Source: Methanobacteriota archaeon (GTDB lineage Archaea; Halobacteriota; Methanosarcinia; Methanosarcinales; Methanogasteraceae). Taken from it: a stretch of DNA of 50,185 nucleotides. This document shows, in pieces, positions 27,278 through 35,401 of the stretch. The translations under genes and the position numbers were made by a program. The stretch is from positions 1,759 through 51,943 of the forward strand of contig JAYEGZ010000024.1 of NCBI GenBank assembly GCA_034659315.1. Reading direction: 5' to 3'. Below the pieces are notes generated by a model, which had not been told where the DNA came from, did not search any database, and saw only the letters and a list, made by a program, of their open reading frames with translations. How positions within the stretch are numbered: position 1 is the first letter of the stretch; each line of letters opens with the position of its first letter.

Positions 27278-28762
27278 TCAACTCACCTCCGCCCCTTCGA
27301 TCTTCAGCGCATACTTTAGCCCTTCCTGCATCGACCGCTTCGTTGTAATTTCTGACATATCTACGCCAAGCCCGACAAGCGTATGCGCAGCATCCGGCTT
27401 TATTCCTGTGACGACGCACTTTGTGCCGAGCAGCTTCGCCGCTTTCGTCACGTTTATCAGATGGCTTGCAATATTCGTATCAACGGAACGCACGCCTGTC
27501 ACGTCGATTATCACAACTCTTGATTGTGTCTCGACAATCTTCACAAGCATTGTCTCCATCAACCGGTTGATCCGCTCGCGGTCAAGAACGCCTATGATCG
27601 GGAGAACGAGCACACCGCCCCACACCTGGATCACGGGGATGGACAACTCCTCGTAGGACGCTTTCAGTTTACCGAACGCCCGCTGCAACTCTCGCTCAAG
27701 TCTTTTGCGATCGGTGATGTCCCGCGCGAAACCCACAATACCATAAGGCTTGTCTTGTTTGTTCTTAAGTAGACTAACTACCATCATTGTCGGAAATGTT
27801 GTTCCGTCTTTACGCATGTGCGCTACTTCACCAGCGTTGTGCCCACTTTGCTTGACCTCCTCGTTGAACGGGATTACCTCAGTCTTCAAATGCTCTTCAG
27901 TGTGAAATATGCTTAGATGCTTGCCTACCAGTTCGTTGCTGTTCTCATATCCGTGCATAGCTGCCCACGCTTGGTTGGCGAACTGTATATTGCCCTCAAT
28001 GTCTGCAACGGCGATTCCTTCCGCCGCCTGTTCCACTATTGTTGCCAGCCGCCGCGTCTCCTCTTCTTCCTTCTTGCGCTCGGTGATATCCCTGAATATC
28101 AACATGTCTGCGGGTTGTTCGATATCTGTATGGGTGATCTGTGCCGCATTCACCTCGAAAGGTAGTTTTCTCCCGTCCTTCGTGAGCACCTCGACCTCAC
28201 ACGGGGCAACATTCACCCCTGACCTCTGTTTTGCCAGATTTTCTGCTATCATGGCTTTACTTTCTTCAGTCACGATTCCGGTCTCTGAAAAACTTCTGCC
28301 CAGTAGTTCTTCCTTTTCAAATCCTGTGACCTCTTCTACATTATCAGTGGTCTCCACGAGTACGCCTCTGCTATCAATTATGACCACTGGATCAACCATT
28401 GCGGAAAAAAGTGTCTGAAAATGCTGTTTGGATATATTCAGCTCTTCATTTGTCTCGGTGAGTTCCCTGGTTCTCTTCTGCACCAGTTCTTCCAGTTCTT
28501 CTCGCGCCACATATTCCAGCTGAACTAGAAAATTTTGAGCAAGTATTCTGATTAAGCCCCCGTCCCGCATCAATTCACCGCATAACCGTGCAATTTCTTC
28601 TCTCGTGTAAGTTTCTTTCTCTTCGAGGTGCGCTTTTCTTATCCCCCCCTTGATTAACTCCTCGGCAGATGTTGCACCCATACTCGATGCATAAGCGCCT
28701 ATCAACTCACTTATCTTTATTTCAAACATTTTGCACCATATCCCTGGTTCATCTACAGTCAT
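27278..28762 (-). CDS. Soluble RsbR-type protein: unknown N-domain - coiled coil - PAS - PAS - STAS
   Basis: Two PAS blocks (MVDPVVIIDSRG...; IVEQAAEGIAVADIEG...), then IPVIQVWGGVLVLPIIGVLDRERINRLMET...VVIIDVTGVRSVDTNI...LLGTKCVVTGIKPDAAHTLVGLG. The track start at 28768 is TTG; ATG candidates are 28762 and 28729. Confidence 0.85.
   Translation of the reverse strand: MTVDEPGIWCKMFEIKISELIGAYASSMGATSAEELIKGGIRKAHLEEKETYTREEIARLCGELMRDGGLIRILAQNFLVQLEYVAREELEELVQKRTRELTETNEELNISKQHFQTLFSAMVDPVVIIDSRGVLVETTDNVEEVTGFEKEELLGRSFSETGIVTEESKAMIAENLAKQRSGVNVAPCEVEVLTKDGRKLPFEVNAAQITHTDIEQPADMLIFRDITERKKEEEETRRLATIVEQAAEGIAVADIEGNIQFANQAWAAMHGYENSNELVGKHLSIFHTEEHLKTEVIPFNEEVKQSGHNAGEVAHMRKDGTTFPTMMVVSLLKNKQDKPYGIVGFARDITDRKRLERELQRAFGKLKASYEELSIPVIQVWGGVLVLPIIGVLDRERINRLMETMLVKIVETQSRVVIIDVTGVRSVDTNIASHLINVTKAAKLLGTKCVVTGIKPDAAHTLVGLGVDMSEITTKRSMQEGLKYALKIEGAEVS
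27306..27720. repeat. Copy A of the duplicated STAS-module DNA (pairs with 30194..30608)
   Basis: It aligns without gaps to 30194..30608 at a constant offset of 2888 nt. By hand count there are about 49 mismatches in 415 nt, or about 88% identity. Confidence 0.85.
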
Positions 28763-28851
28763 CCCCAATGATTTTTACGACCCCATCCGCTTTCGCGCAT
28801 ACTGCAAAATCTGCGTCACGATAGTATTCCCCAATCTGTAATTCCCACTTC

Positions 28852-30054
28852 TTACTTCGGTATTATCATGACTACCGACGTGGTGTTGTGAAAACCGCTG
28901 AACTGCCCGGGTTCCATACAGATCTCGCCATACGTCTCCCAGCCAAGCACAGGAACATCTCCAAGTAACTCCTTGAACTGGTCTACGCCCCTATAGAACT
29001 CATCGCCCAGAATCAAGTGCCTGCATGCGCAGTCGAAGACAATCGCACCTGCAATTTCACTATCACCGGAATTTTCCTTCGCTATTTCTGCTGCAACTCT
29101 CGCGGATACGATCTGATTTTCCTTATTGCCCTCCATTATGCGAAAACTGATGCCTTCCGGAATAGCGCAGCCGAAATTTAAGGAACCGTCTTCATTCTTG
29201 CCAAGTGGCACTCTTATCTTGTACTGTCCATCTACATTTGGTAAACCGAGTTCAAACCTGATCAGGTGCGCGCCTATATCTACCCCCTCGATCGCTCCGA
29301 CATCAACACCGATCTTACTGGCTGCTTTTGCAGTCCTCTCTTTCCAGACGTCCCATGCGGGTCGTCCATCGATTTCATGCAACACGCATCCCTCGGCCCT
29401 GGTTGTCCGCAATAGCTCGCTTACAGGCGTGTGACCGTGTTGCACACCGGTGTAAAGCGGCTTTTTTGAAGCGAAGAGACATACACTGACCGCATCGGTT
29501 GATATGCTGTCATCAGAGAAGACGAACGTCTCTTTGAATTTCAGGTCATCACCCGCAGCACCACCTGCAAGTTTCACGTTCTTACCGAATGTCTGGTTGA
29601 AGACTGTGGATGCCAGCACTGTCATCTCCTCGCCGACCCCTGCCAGCCCATCAATGAAGAAAATAGCAGATAGGTGTGGACAATTCCCCATTTCCAGCGG
29701 AAGTTTGTTTGCGACCGTTCTCACCGCGCGCTCAGGATCTTCTTTCACGCCATCCGCGATCGCTGTTGCGAACTTGATGTCATCCGAAGCAATCAAGCCA
29801 ACAGCAACACTTCCTTGTTCCACGTTCTCCTCGGTAAACTCGCCTGATGACGAGCAGCCGATCAGAGGTGCATTGCCAGTGGCTGCTCTTACTGTATCAA
29901 CTACCGCTTGATAGTCGTAGTCACTGGATGAATACACGAGCGATATGTCCACACGACCTCCGCCCAACTTATCTTTCGCCTGCATAACAGCTTTTTCAGC
30001 CGCTACGACACTATAGGCACCTTTACCCAATCCCGTTGCTAATATTGTTCCCAT
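28852..30054 (-). CDS. FIST (FIST_N + FIST_C) sensory domain protein
   Basis: ISLVYSSSDYDYQAVVDTVRAATGNAPLIGCSSSGEF and the C-terminal AIVFDCACR...GWETYGEI fit FIST architecture. The gene has an ATG start and an AT-rich upstream region of its own. Confidence 0.85.
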   Translation of the reverse strand: MGTILATGLGKGAYSVVAAEKAVMQAKDKLGGGRVDISLVYSSSDYDYQAVVDTVRAATGNAPLIGCSSSGEFTEENVEQGSVAVGLIASDDIKFATAIADGVKEDPERAVRTVANKLPLEMGNCPHLSAIFFIDGLAGVGEEMTVLASTVFNQTFGKNVKLAGGAAGDDLKFKETFVFSDDSISTDAVSVCLFASKKPLYTGVQHGHTPVSELLRTTRAEGCVLHEIDGRPAWDVWKERTAKAASKIGVDVGAIEGVDIGAHLIRFELGLPNVDGQYKIRVPLGKNEDGSLNFGCAIPEGISFRIMEGNKENQIVSARVAAEIAKENSGDSEIAGAIVFDCACRHLILGDEFYRGVDQFKELLGDVPVLGWETYGEICMEPGQFSGFHNTTSVVMIIPK

Positions 30055-30180
30055 GTCAATTACCCCATTTTAAGCAGACCCAATTTATCATTTGTAGCAA
30101 TGTCCATAAATTCTTTTCTCAGGTTGTTCTGGGATTTTGGTTGCTGGTAGTCTCGTTCATGCATCAACCCCAGTCCCTGC

Positions 30181-32007
30181 TCATGCGGTCTGCAGCGCAT
30201 ATTTAAGTCCCTCCTGCATCGACCGCTTCGTTATAATCTCCGACATATCCACGCCAAGCCCGACAAGCGTATGCGCAGCCTTCGGCTTTATTCCTGTGAC
30301 GACACATCTTGTACCGAGCAGCTTTGCTGCATTCGTCACGTTGATCAGGTCGTTTGCAACATCCGTATCGATGGAATGTACACCGGTTACGTCGATGATC
30401 ACAACTCTTGATTGTGTCTCGACAATCTTTGCAAGCATTGTCTCCATCAACCGGTTAATCCGCTCGTTGTCAAGAACGCCTATTAGCGGGAGCACGAGCA
30501 CACCGCCCCACACCTGGATCACGGGGATGGATAGCTCCTCATAAGACACCTTCAGTTTACCAAACGCCTGCTGTAACTCTCGCTCAAGTCTTTTGCGCTC
30601 GGTGATGTCGCGGGCGGTGCCAGTCCTGCTGATGATCTCTCCATCCGCATTAAGTAGTGAAGTCACATTTAATTCTATCGGAACGCTTTTTTTATCCTTA
30701 TGTATGAGTTCTACCTCATAAAGTGAGATCTCTTCGCCTGAAACTCCGTGTTTGAAGCGGTTGACCGTTGATTCGATGTATTCCGGAACAATGACTTTGG
30801 TGAACGAATGCCCTATAAAATCCCTGACCGGGTAACCGGTAATATCTTCGAAGATTGGGCTGAGATATGTAAACCTATCTTCCATATCTATCGTGAAGAC
30901 GAGGTCGGTCAGGGTCTCAACCAGTGTGCGGTGTTTCTCTTCGCTATCAGCGAGCGATTCCTCTATCTGCTTTTGCTCGGTCACATCGTCATAAATCGCA
31001 ACGATTTCGCCGGATGGCAGCTTGTAGACGTAGTTCTCTCTCCAGCCAGAAATTTTTTTACCCTTGTAAAGAGAGATGGGGTGGTGCTCCGGCTCACCGG
31101 TCCGCCATACCCTCCGGAAAACATCAAAGAGTCCGAAATCCACAACTCCGGGGAATACGTCGAGCACGCTTTTACCGATTAGGTCTTCTCTCTTCACACC
31201 ATCGATCGTCTCTCCGGTCCGGTTGAAATCCTTGAAGATGAAATCCTTTCCGCCGTCAACTGACTCATAGATGGCCACGGCGTCGTTCATATTCTCAAAC
31301 ATCATTCGAAACCGCTCTTCGCCCTCACGAAGCGATTCTTCTGCGCTTTTGCGCTCGGCAATTTCCTGCTGCAGTCCGGCGTTTGCTTCCGCAAGTTCCG
31401 ATGTTCGTTCCTGCACGCGTTTCTCCAGTGCACCATGCGCATCCTGTAGTGTGTCCTTTGCCTGACGCAGTTCCCCTGCCTGCGAGCCCAGCTTCGCAAT
31501 AACCCCGACTATCCGGAACAGGAGACTCGAATAATTCCGGACCACATCTTCCCGGACAACACGCATCTGCTCTGCTTCAGCGATGAGCAGTTCAGGATCT
31601 ATTCCTATTTCCCCCGCTATCTGTCTGATATTATCCAGTTGCTCCCCGGAAAACTCCACCGGTGTAAATTGTCCCGCAAACATCGTCCCTTTGTGCTCGC
31701 AACCAATTATAATCGGCGCAACGAAATGACCGCCATGTGCAAAGCAATACATAATTCCAGGCTCTTCTGACTCGAGCGCACCCTTTGCCATCTCCTGAAA
31801 CGATTGGAAGCAGCGCTCTTTTCCGGCAGTAGTTGACTGGATCAGGGAACAGAAACCGGTCGGGTTGCTAAACTCAGTCAAAGGCTTGCATTCCGCTGAA
31901 AAAATGACCGAAGATGTGCCAACCGTCTCTGCAAAGTTATCCTGAATCAACTGCAGTTCACTGAGGTCCACGAGTTCCTTTAACGGTGGATTTTTCTCCT
32001 TATTCAT
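30181..32007 (-). CDS. PocR - coiled coil - PAS - PAS - STAS (RsbR-type) protein
   Basis: The N-terminus fits the PocR pattern (LQLIQDNFAETVGTSSVIF...FCSLIQ...GKERC...MYCFAHGGHFVAPIII...GTMFAGQF). Two PAS blocks follow, then a STAS module nearly identical to that of 27278..28762. Confidence 0.85.
   Translation of the reverse strand: MNKEKNPPLKELVDLSELQLIQDNFAETVGTSSVIFSAECKPLTEFSNPTGFCSLIQSTTAGKERCFQSFQEMAKGALESEEPGIMYCFAHGGHFVAPIIIGCEHKGTMFAGQFTPVEFSGEQLDNIRQIAGEIGIDPELLIAEAEQMRVVREDVVRNYSSLLFRIVGVIAKLGSQAGELRQAKDTLQDAHGALEKRVQERTSELAEANAGLQQEIAERKSAEESLREGEERFRMMFENMNDAVAIYESVDGGKDFIFKDFNRTGETIDGVKREDLIGKSVLDVFPGVVDFGLFDVFRRVWRTGEPEHHPISLYKGKKISGWRENYVYKLPSGEIVAIYDDVTEQKQIEESLADSEEKHRTLVETLTDLVFTIDMEDRFTYLSPIFEDITGYPVRDFIGHSFTKVIVPEYIESTVNRFKHGVSGEEISLYEVELIHKDKKSVPIELNVTSLLNADGEIISRTGTARDITERKRLERELQQAFGKLKVSYEELSIPVIQVWGGVLVLPLIGVLDNERINRLMETMLAKIVETQSRVVIIDVTGVHSIDTDVANDLINVTNAAKLLGTRCVVTGIKPKAAHTLVGLGVDMSEIITKRSMQEGLKYALQTA
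30194..30608. repeat. Copy B of the duplicated STAS-module DNA (pairs with 27306..27720)
   Basis: See copy A. The similarity stops where the PAS regions begin. Confidence 0.85.
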
Positions 32008-32059
32008 CTATTTGCCCCTATAATCCCCCTGTATCCCTTAATTATTATTGTTATCCCTG

Positions 32060-32920
32060 TCAGTCAGGATAGGCATTATATGGAAAACCGCCTGCCGATT
32101 TATCCATGCCCGCAACCATCGCCTGGAATACCGACAACGGCATGCCAAGACCCATCATGTTGCCGCCCCATCCACCCACTGCTCTTGCTCCGAGACAGAA
32201 GAACGAGCCGTTTAACCTCTGCTCCATGTATGGCTGCGCTGTCAGGTCTGCACACACACCCCGAATCCCGATGGTGTCCATCCGAAAGCGATTGCCATTC
32301 TGGAAGTTGTAGCCCTGAATCGCAAGCAACACCTGCTTTGGCAGGAGTCCGAGAATCACGAGATCAGGCACGATCCCAAGTTTTCCTGCAGGATATGCCA
32401 CAGCCGCGTCCATGATTGCAGGCTGTATCGACACCATCCCGGAAATGGCATTGAGCGCTGCGCCGTGGGTCTCATACCGCCCGGTGTCATCCTCGCCAAA
32501 GAGTGCAAATTGCATATTGCCGCTTGCTTTACATGCATAGACCAGCCCGTCAGTAAAATCTGCCGGAGACGCCGCAGTCTCCATCATGTCGGTGTATTTG
32601 CGCGTGCCAGCAAGCGATTTACTCTCCCGCTCGTCGACAAGACCAAGAGCGATAGCGGATGCCGGACATCCCACATTCTCCCTGTTGATCACTACCACTT
32701 CATCATCCATCGCTGCGAGTCTCACCGCTTCACACCACGGAACTCCCTGATACTCTGCAGGAGATCTCGTGCCCTCCGGAACTGCCTGCCCCTTCAGAAC
32801 CAGTTTTACCCCTACTGGCTGAACTGGCTGCTCTTCTTTGCCAAACATGTGCATGAACCGTGCACTCGCATCCTCAAAACCGATTTTGATATCTTCTTTT
32901 AGGTTACTCACCTTTACCAC
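32060..32920 (-). CDS. DUF169 family protein
   Basis: 286 aa. PVGVKLV near the N-terminus, VGCPASAIALGL and FFCLGARAVGG resemble DUF169 (COG2043). The start is GTG. The assignment is by eye. Confidence 0.55.
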   Translation of the reverse strand: MVKVSNLKEDIKIGFEDASARFMHMFGKEEQPVQPVGVKLVLKGQAVPEGTRSPAEYQGVPWCEAVRLAAMDDEVVVINRENVGCPASAIALGLVDERESKSLAGTRKYTDMMETAASPADFTDGLVYACKASGNMQFALFGEDDTGRYETHGAALNAISGMVSIQPAIMDAAVAYPAGKLGIVPDLVILGLLPKQVLLAIQGYNFQNGNRFRMDTIGIRGVCADLTAQPYMEQRLNGSFFCLGARAVGGWGGNMMGLGMPLSVFQAMVAGMDKSAGGFPYNAYPD

Positions 32921-33268
32921 ATCCTACTTTTGGATTCTACACCTGCAAACTGGCAACCGTGCTGATGACCCCATCACAAGCATAATTGTTGCCCTTTCCC
33001 GGATATACCCAATATATACTATGAGGTGCTGGGTATTAAGTTTGTTGTGCTCAGGGGAATCCTCATTATTATGAGCTGGAAACGCTCCCGCCACCTCATA
33101 CTTTCTCGTAGAAATCTGTGAGATCTTGTGGTTGTACAAACACGCACAACGAAACATAAGATGATTTAAAGAAATCAGATGGCTAATATCATATTGCATC
33201 ACGGCACGGTTTATCAAAACCCCGCAGAAGGGGGTAATCGGCACGTGAGTTATGGGATGGTTTGATCT

Positions 33269-33847
33269 ATGATCGCACACATCAACGGAACCCTGAATAC
33301 AAAATCCCCTGCCCGCGCAATAATCGATGTTAGCGGCATCGGGTATGAGCTGTACATTCCCGCATCAACATACGTCACGTTGCCCGAAATCGGAGACCGG
33401 GTGCGGCTGCACACACACCTCCATGTAAGGGAGGATGCACTTTTACTATATGGGTTTGCAAGCACAGGGGAGCTTGAGTTTTTCAGGTTGTTGCTCAGCG
33501 TATCAAGGATCGGACCGGGCGTTGCTATAAATATATTATCTGGAATATCCTATAATGAATTCAAATCTGCAGTATACAACGAAGACCCGGGGGTGCTAAG
33601 CAGCATCTCCGGTATCGGGACAAAGACCGCAAAACGCCTCATTCTCGAATTAAAAGACAAAATAACAAAAATACCGGCAGAAATCGGGCAGCCGCCGGAT
33701 CTTGCAAGCTCTGCGATCGCGGGCATGATCTCACTTGGATACACGAGGGCTACGGCAGAGGCGGCTGTGCACGGGGCGTTACGGTCAGAACATGTTCATG
33801 GTGTTGATGTGGGAGAACTGATCAAAGAAGCACTCAAAAATGTGTAG
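33269..33847 (+). CDS. ruvA: Holliday junction branch-migration protein RuvA (bacterial type)
   Basis: It is collinear with bacterial RuvA: IDVSGIGYELYIP, HVREDALLLYGF, helix-hairpin-helix regions SRIGPGVAINILSG and ISGIGTKTAKRLILELKDK, and a domain-III-like tail (ISLGYTRATAEAAV). Confidence 0.85.
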   Translation: MIAHINGTLNTKSPARAIIDVSGIGYELYIPASTYVTLPEIGDRVRLHTHLHVREDALLLYGFASTGELEFFRLLLSVSRIGPGVAINILSGISYNEFKSAVYNEDPGVLSSISGIGTKTAKRLILELKDKITKIPAEIGQPPDLASSAIAGMISLGYTRATAEAAVHGALRSEHVHGVDVGELIKEALKNV

Positions 33848-33875
33848 TTAATAAAAGTAAACAAGGTGAACCGGG

Positions 33876-34319
33876 ATGCAACCACAAAACCACCCGCATA
33901 TCGAGTATCTTGATCATCCTGCTGATGTCAAGTTCCGCGTCTTGGGAAAAACAATTGAAGTGGCGTTCGAGTATGCTGCGCTTGCTATGTTTGGCGCGAT
34001 GATCGATACCGACACAGTGCAGCCGATAACAACGCTTGATATCGATCTCGATGCCGATGATTGTGAGGGTCTACTTTACGACTTTCTTTCGGAACTGTTG
34101 TACCTGTTTGAAGTTGAGGAGATTGTGTTTTGCAGGTTTCGTGTTGAGCAAATTAAGCGGCGTGGTGACCAGTATCATATCCATGCGCACGCAACCGGGG
34201 AGGCAATTGACCTTGGCAAGCACATGTTCGATGTCGGTGTAAAGGCGGTCACCTTCCATGATATGGTGATCGAGCGAACCGATGTCGGGTACGTCGTGCA
34301 GGTGGTCGTTGATACTTAA
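33876..34319 (+). CDS. Archease (RtcB tRNA-ligase activator family)
   Basis: YLDHPADVKFRVLGKTIEVAFEYAALAM and the C-terminal VKAVTFHDM are archease signatures. AAGGTGA SD precedes the ATG. Confidence 0.85.
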   Translation: MQPQNHPHIEYLDHPADVKFRVLGKTIEVAFEYAALAMFGAMIDTDTVQPITTLDIDLDADDCEGLLYDFLSELLYLFEVEEIVFCRFRVEQIKRRGDQYHIHAHATGEAIDLGKHMFDVGVKAVTFHDMVIERTDVGYVVQVVVDT

Positions 34320-34522
34320 GGTACCTCACCTGCGCAAGTTCCGGGCGCAGTCTCACCTCAACCGGGAGAGACTATCCTGAGTTTGTTGTATCCTCTGAAA
34401 CTTGGGTATGTTTAGGCGAAAAAACCACGAGATTGACACACGGGGATGGTAGTGCATCAAGATATTGATAATATGTTTGCATTGTATGTGTTTAGCTAAA
34501 CACGCACAAAACCAGTAGTGCC

Positions 34523-35332
34523 CTACCCACGATCGTATCGCCTCCACCCTGACGAGATCGCCCGCAATGTGATAAATATTGCCAGACAAACGACGATCAT
34601 CAGAACGGCGATTGGAGATGAGGCGGAAAGCCCGTAAGAGATATATCGCTCGTAGATCAGGGTCGGCGTGATCATCGGGTAGTATGCAATCACGATGACT
34701 GCGCCAAACTCGCTCATCGCCCGCGCCCAGCACATGATTGATCCCACAAGGATGTGCCGCGCGGCAAGCGGAACCGTAACCAGCGTGAATGCACCCCAGT
34801 CCGATGCTCCGAGCGACCTGGCAACGTTTTCTAGGCGTGGATCCACACTCTGAAACCCTTCCCGTGCCGAGTTGATCAGGAATGGCACCGAGACAAAGAG
34901 CATCGCAACCACGACTCCGGGCATCGCGTCCCTGAACTGGGTGACCTGTGCCAACGGCTGCCCGAGCAATCCATGCAGCCCGAAAACCGTGAGGAGTGCG
35001 ATGCCTGCCACCGTGTGCGGAACGATGATCGGGATATCCACGATGCTCTCGATTATACCTTTGCCAGGGAAGTCGCGTCGTGCAAGGAAGTATGCGAGGG
35101 GCACGCCGAATACGAATGCTATGGCGGTTGCGGCAAGTGCGGTGTACATCGTAAGGAGCATCGCTTTCCAGACCGCGGAATCGTTGATTGCTTCTGCCAT
35201 GCCGGGTTGGTTGGAGATGAGTTGACCTGCGGTCAGGTTCAGAAGCGGGATCAGTATAAATGCAAGTATCACGAGCCCGAGTAAGAGGAAGATGACAAGC
35301 AGCCGGTCATGCCCCACGGTCAATTTTTGCAT
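34523..35332 (-). CDS. ABC transporter permease, molybdate/tungstate/sulfate (ModB/WtpB-like) type
   Basis: About six TM segments. FPGKGIIESIVDIPIIVPHTVAGIALL and the EAA-like loop SAREGFQSVDPRLENVARSLGAS fit this type. Confidence 0.8.
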   Translation of the reverse strand: MQKLTVGHDRLLVIFLLLGLVILAFILIPLLNLTAGQLISNQPGMAEAINDSAVWKAMLLTMYTALAATAIAFVFGVPLAYFLARRDFPGKGIIESIVDIPIIVPHTVAGIALLTVFGLHGLLGQPLAQVTQFRDAMPGVVVAMLFVSVPFLINSAREGFQSVDPRLENVARSLGASDWGAFTLVTVPLAARHILVGSIMCWARAMSEFGAVIVIAYYPMITPTLIYERYISYGLSASSPIAVLMIVVCLAIFITLRAISSGWRRYDRG

Positions 35333-35401
35333 TATGGCACATCACCATGGGCAGACATCAAGTAATCGGCAGGGACGCTGTAATTCACAGGTAATAATCG
35401 A

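Noticed and set aside
27278-27280. The in-frame TGA between the STAS gene and the PAS ORF, considered as selenocysteine or programmed recoding
   Set aside because: The paralogous STAS proteins terminate naturally at the equivalent position. I saw no SECIS-like element. Among archaea, Sec decoding is known only in the Methanococcales and Methanopyrus lineages, which this gene content does not resemble. I kept only the weaker reinitiation/readthrough note in the findings.
32924-33280. 118-aa minus-strand ORF in the DUF169 / ruvA intergenic region
   Set aside because: The DNA is AT-rich and promoter-like. The translation has erratic composition (Cys/His/Asn/Ile-rich) with no motifs, and it overlaps the ruvA start.
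33138-34509. Identical 12-mers AAACACGCACAA at 33138..33149 and 34498..34509, flanking ruvA-archease, considered as att sites or target-site duplications of an inserted element
   Set aside because: Twelve nt is short, and many chance 12-mer repeats are expected in 50 kb. There is no integrase, transposase or terminal inverted repeat. Archease is a core archaeal gene unlikely to be cargo.
34353-34733. 126-aa minus-strand ORF overlapping the permease 3' end
   Set aside because: It is out of frame with the well-supported ABC permease, and its downstream part lies in non-coding DNA. I looked here for the missing ABC ATPase and found no Walker motifs.
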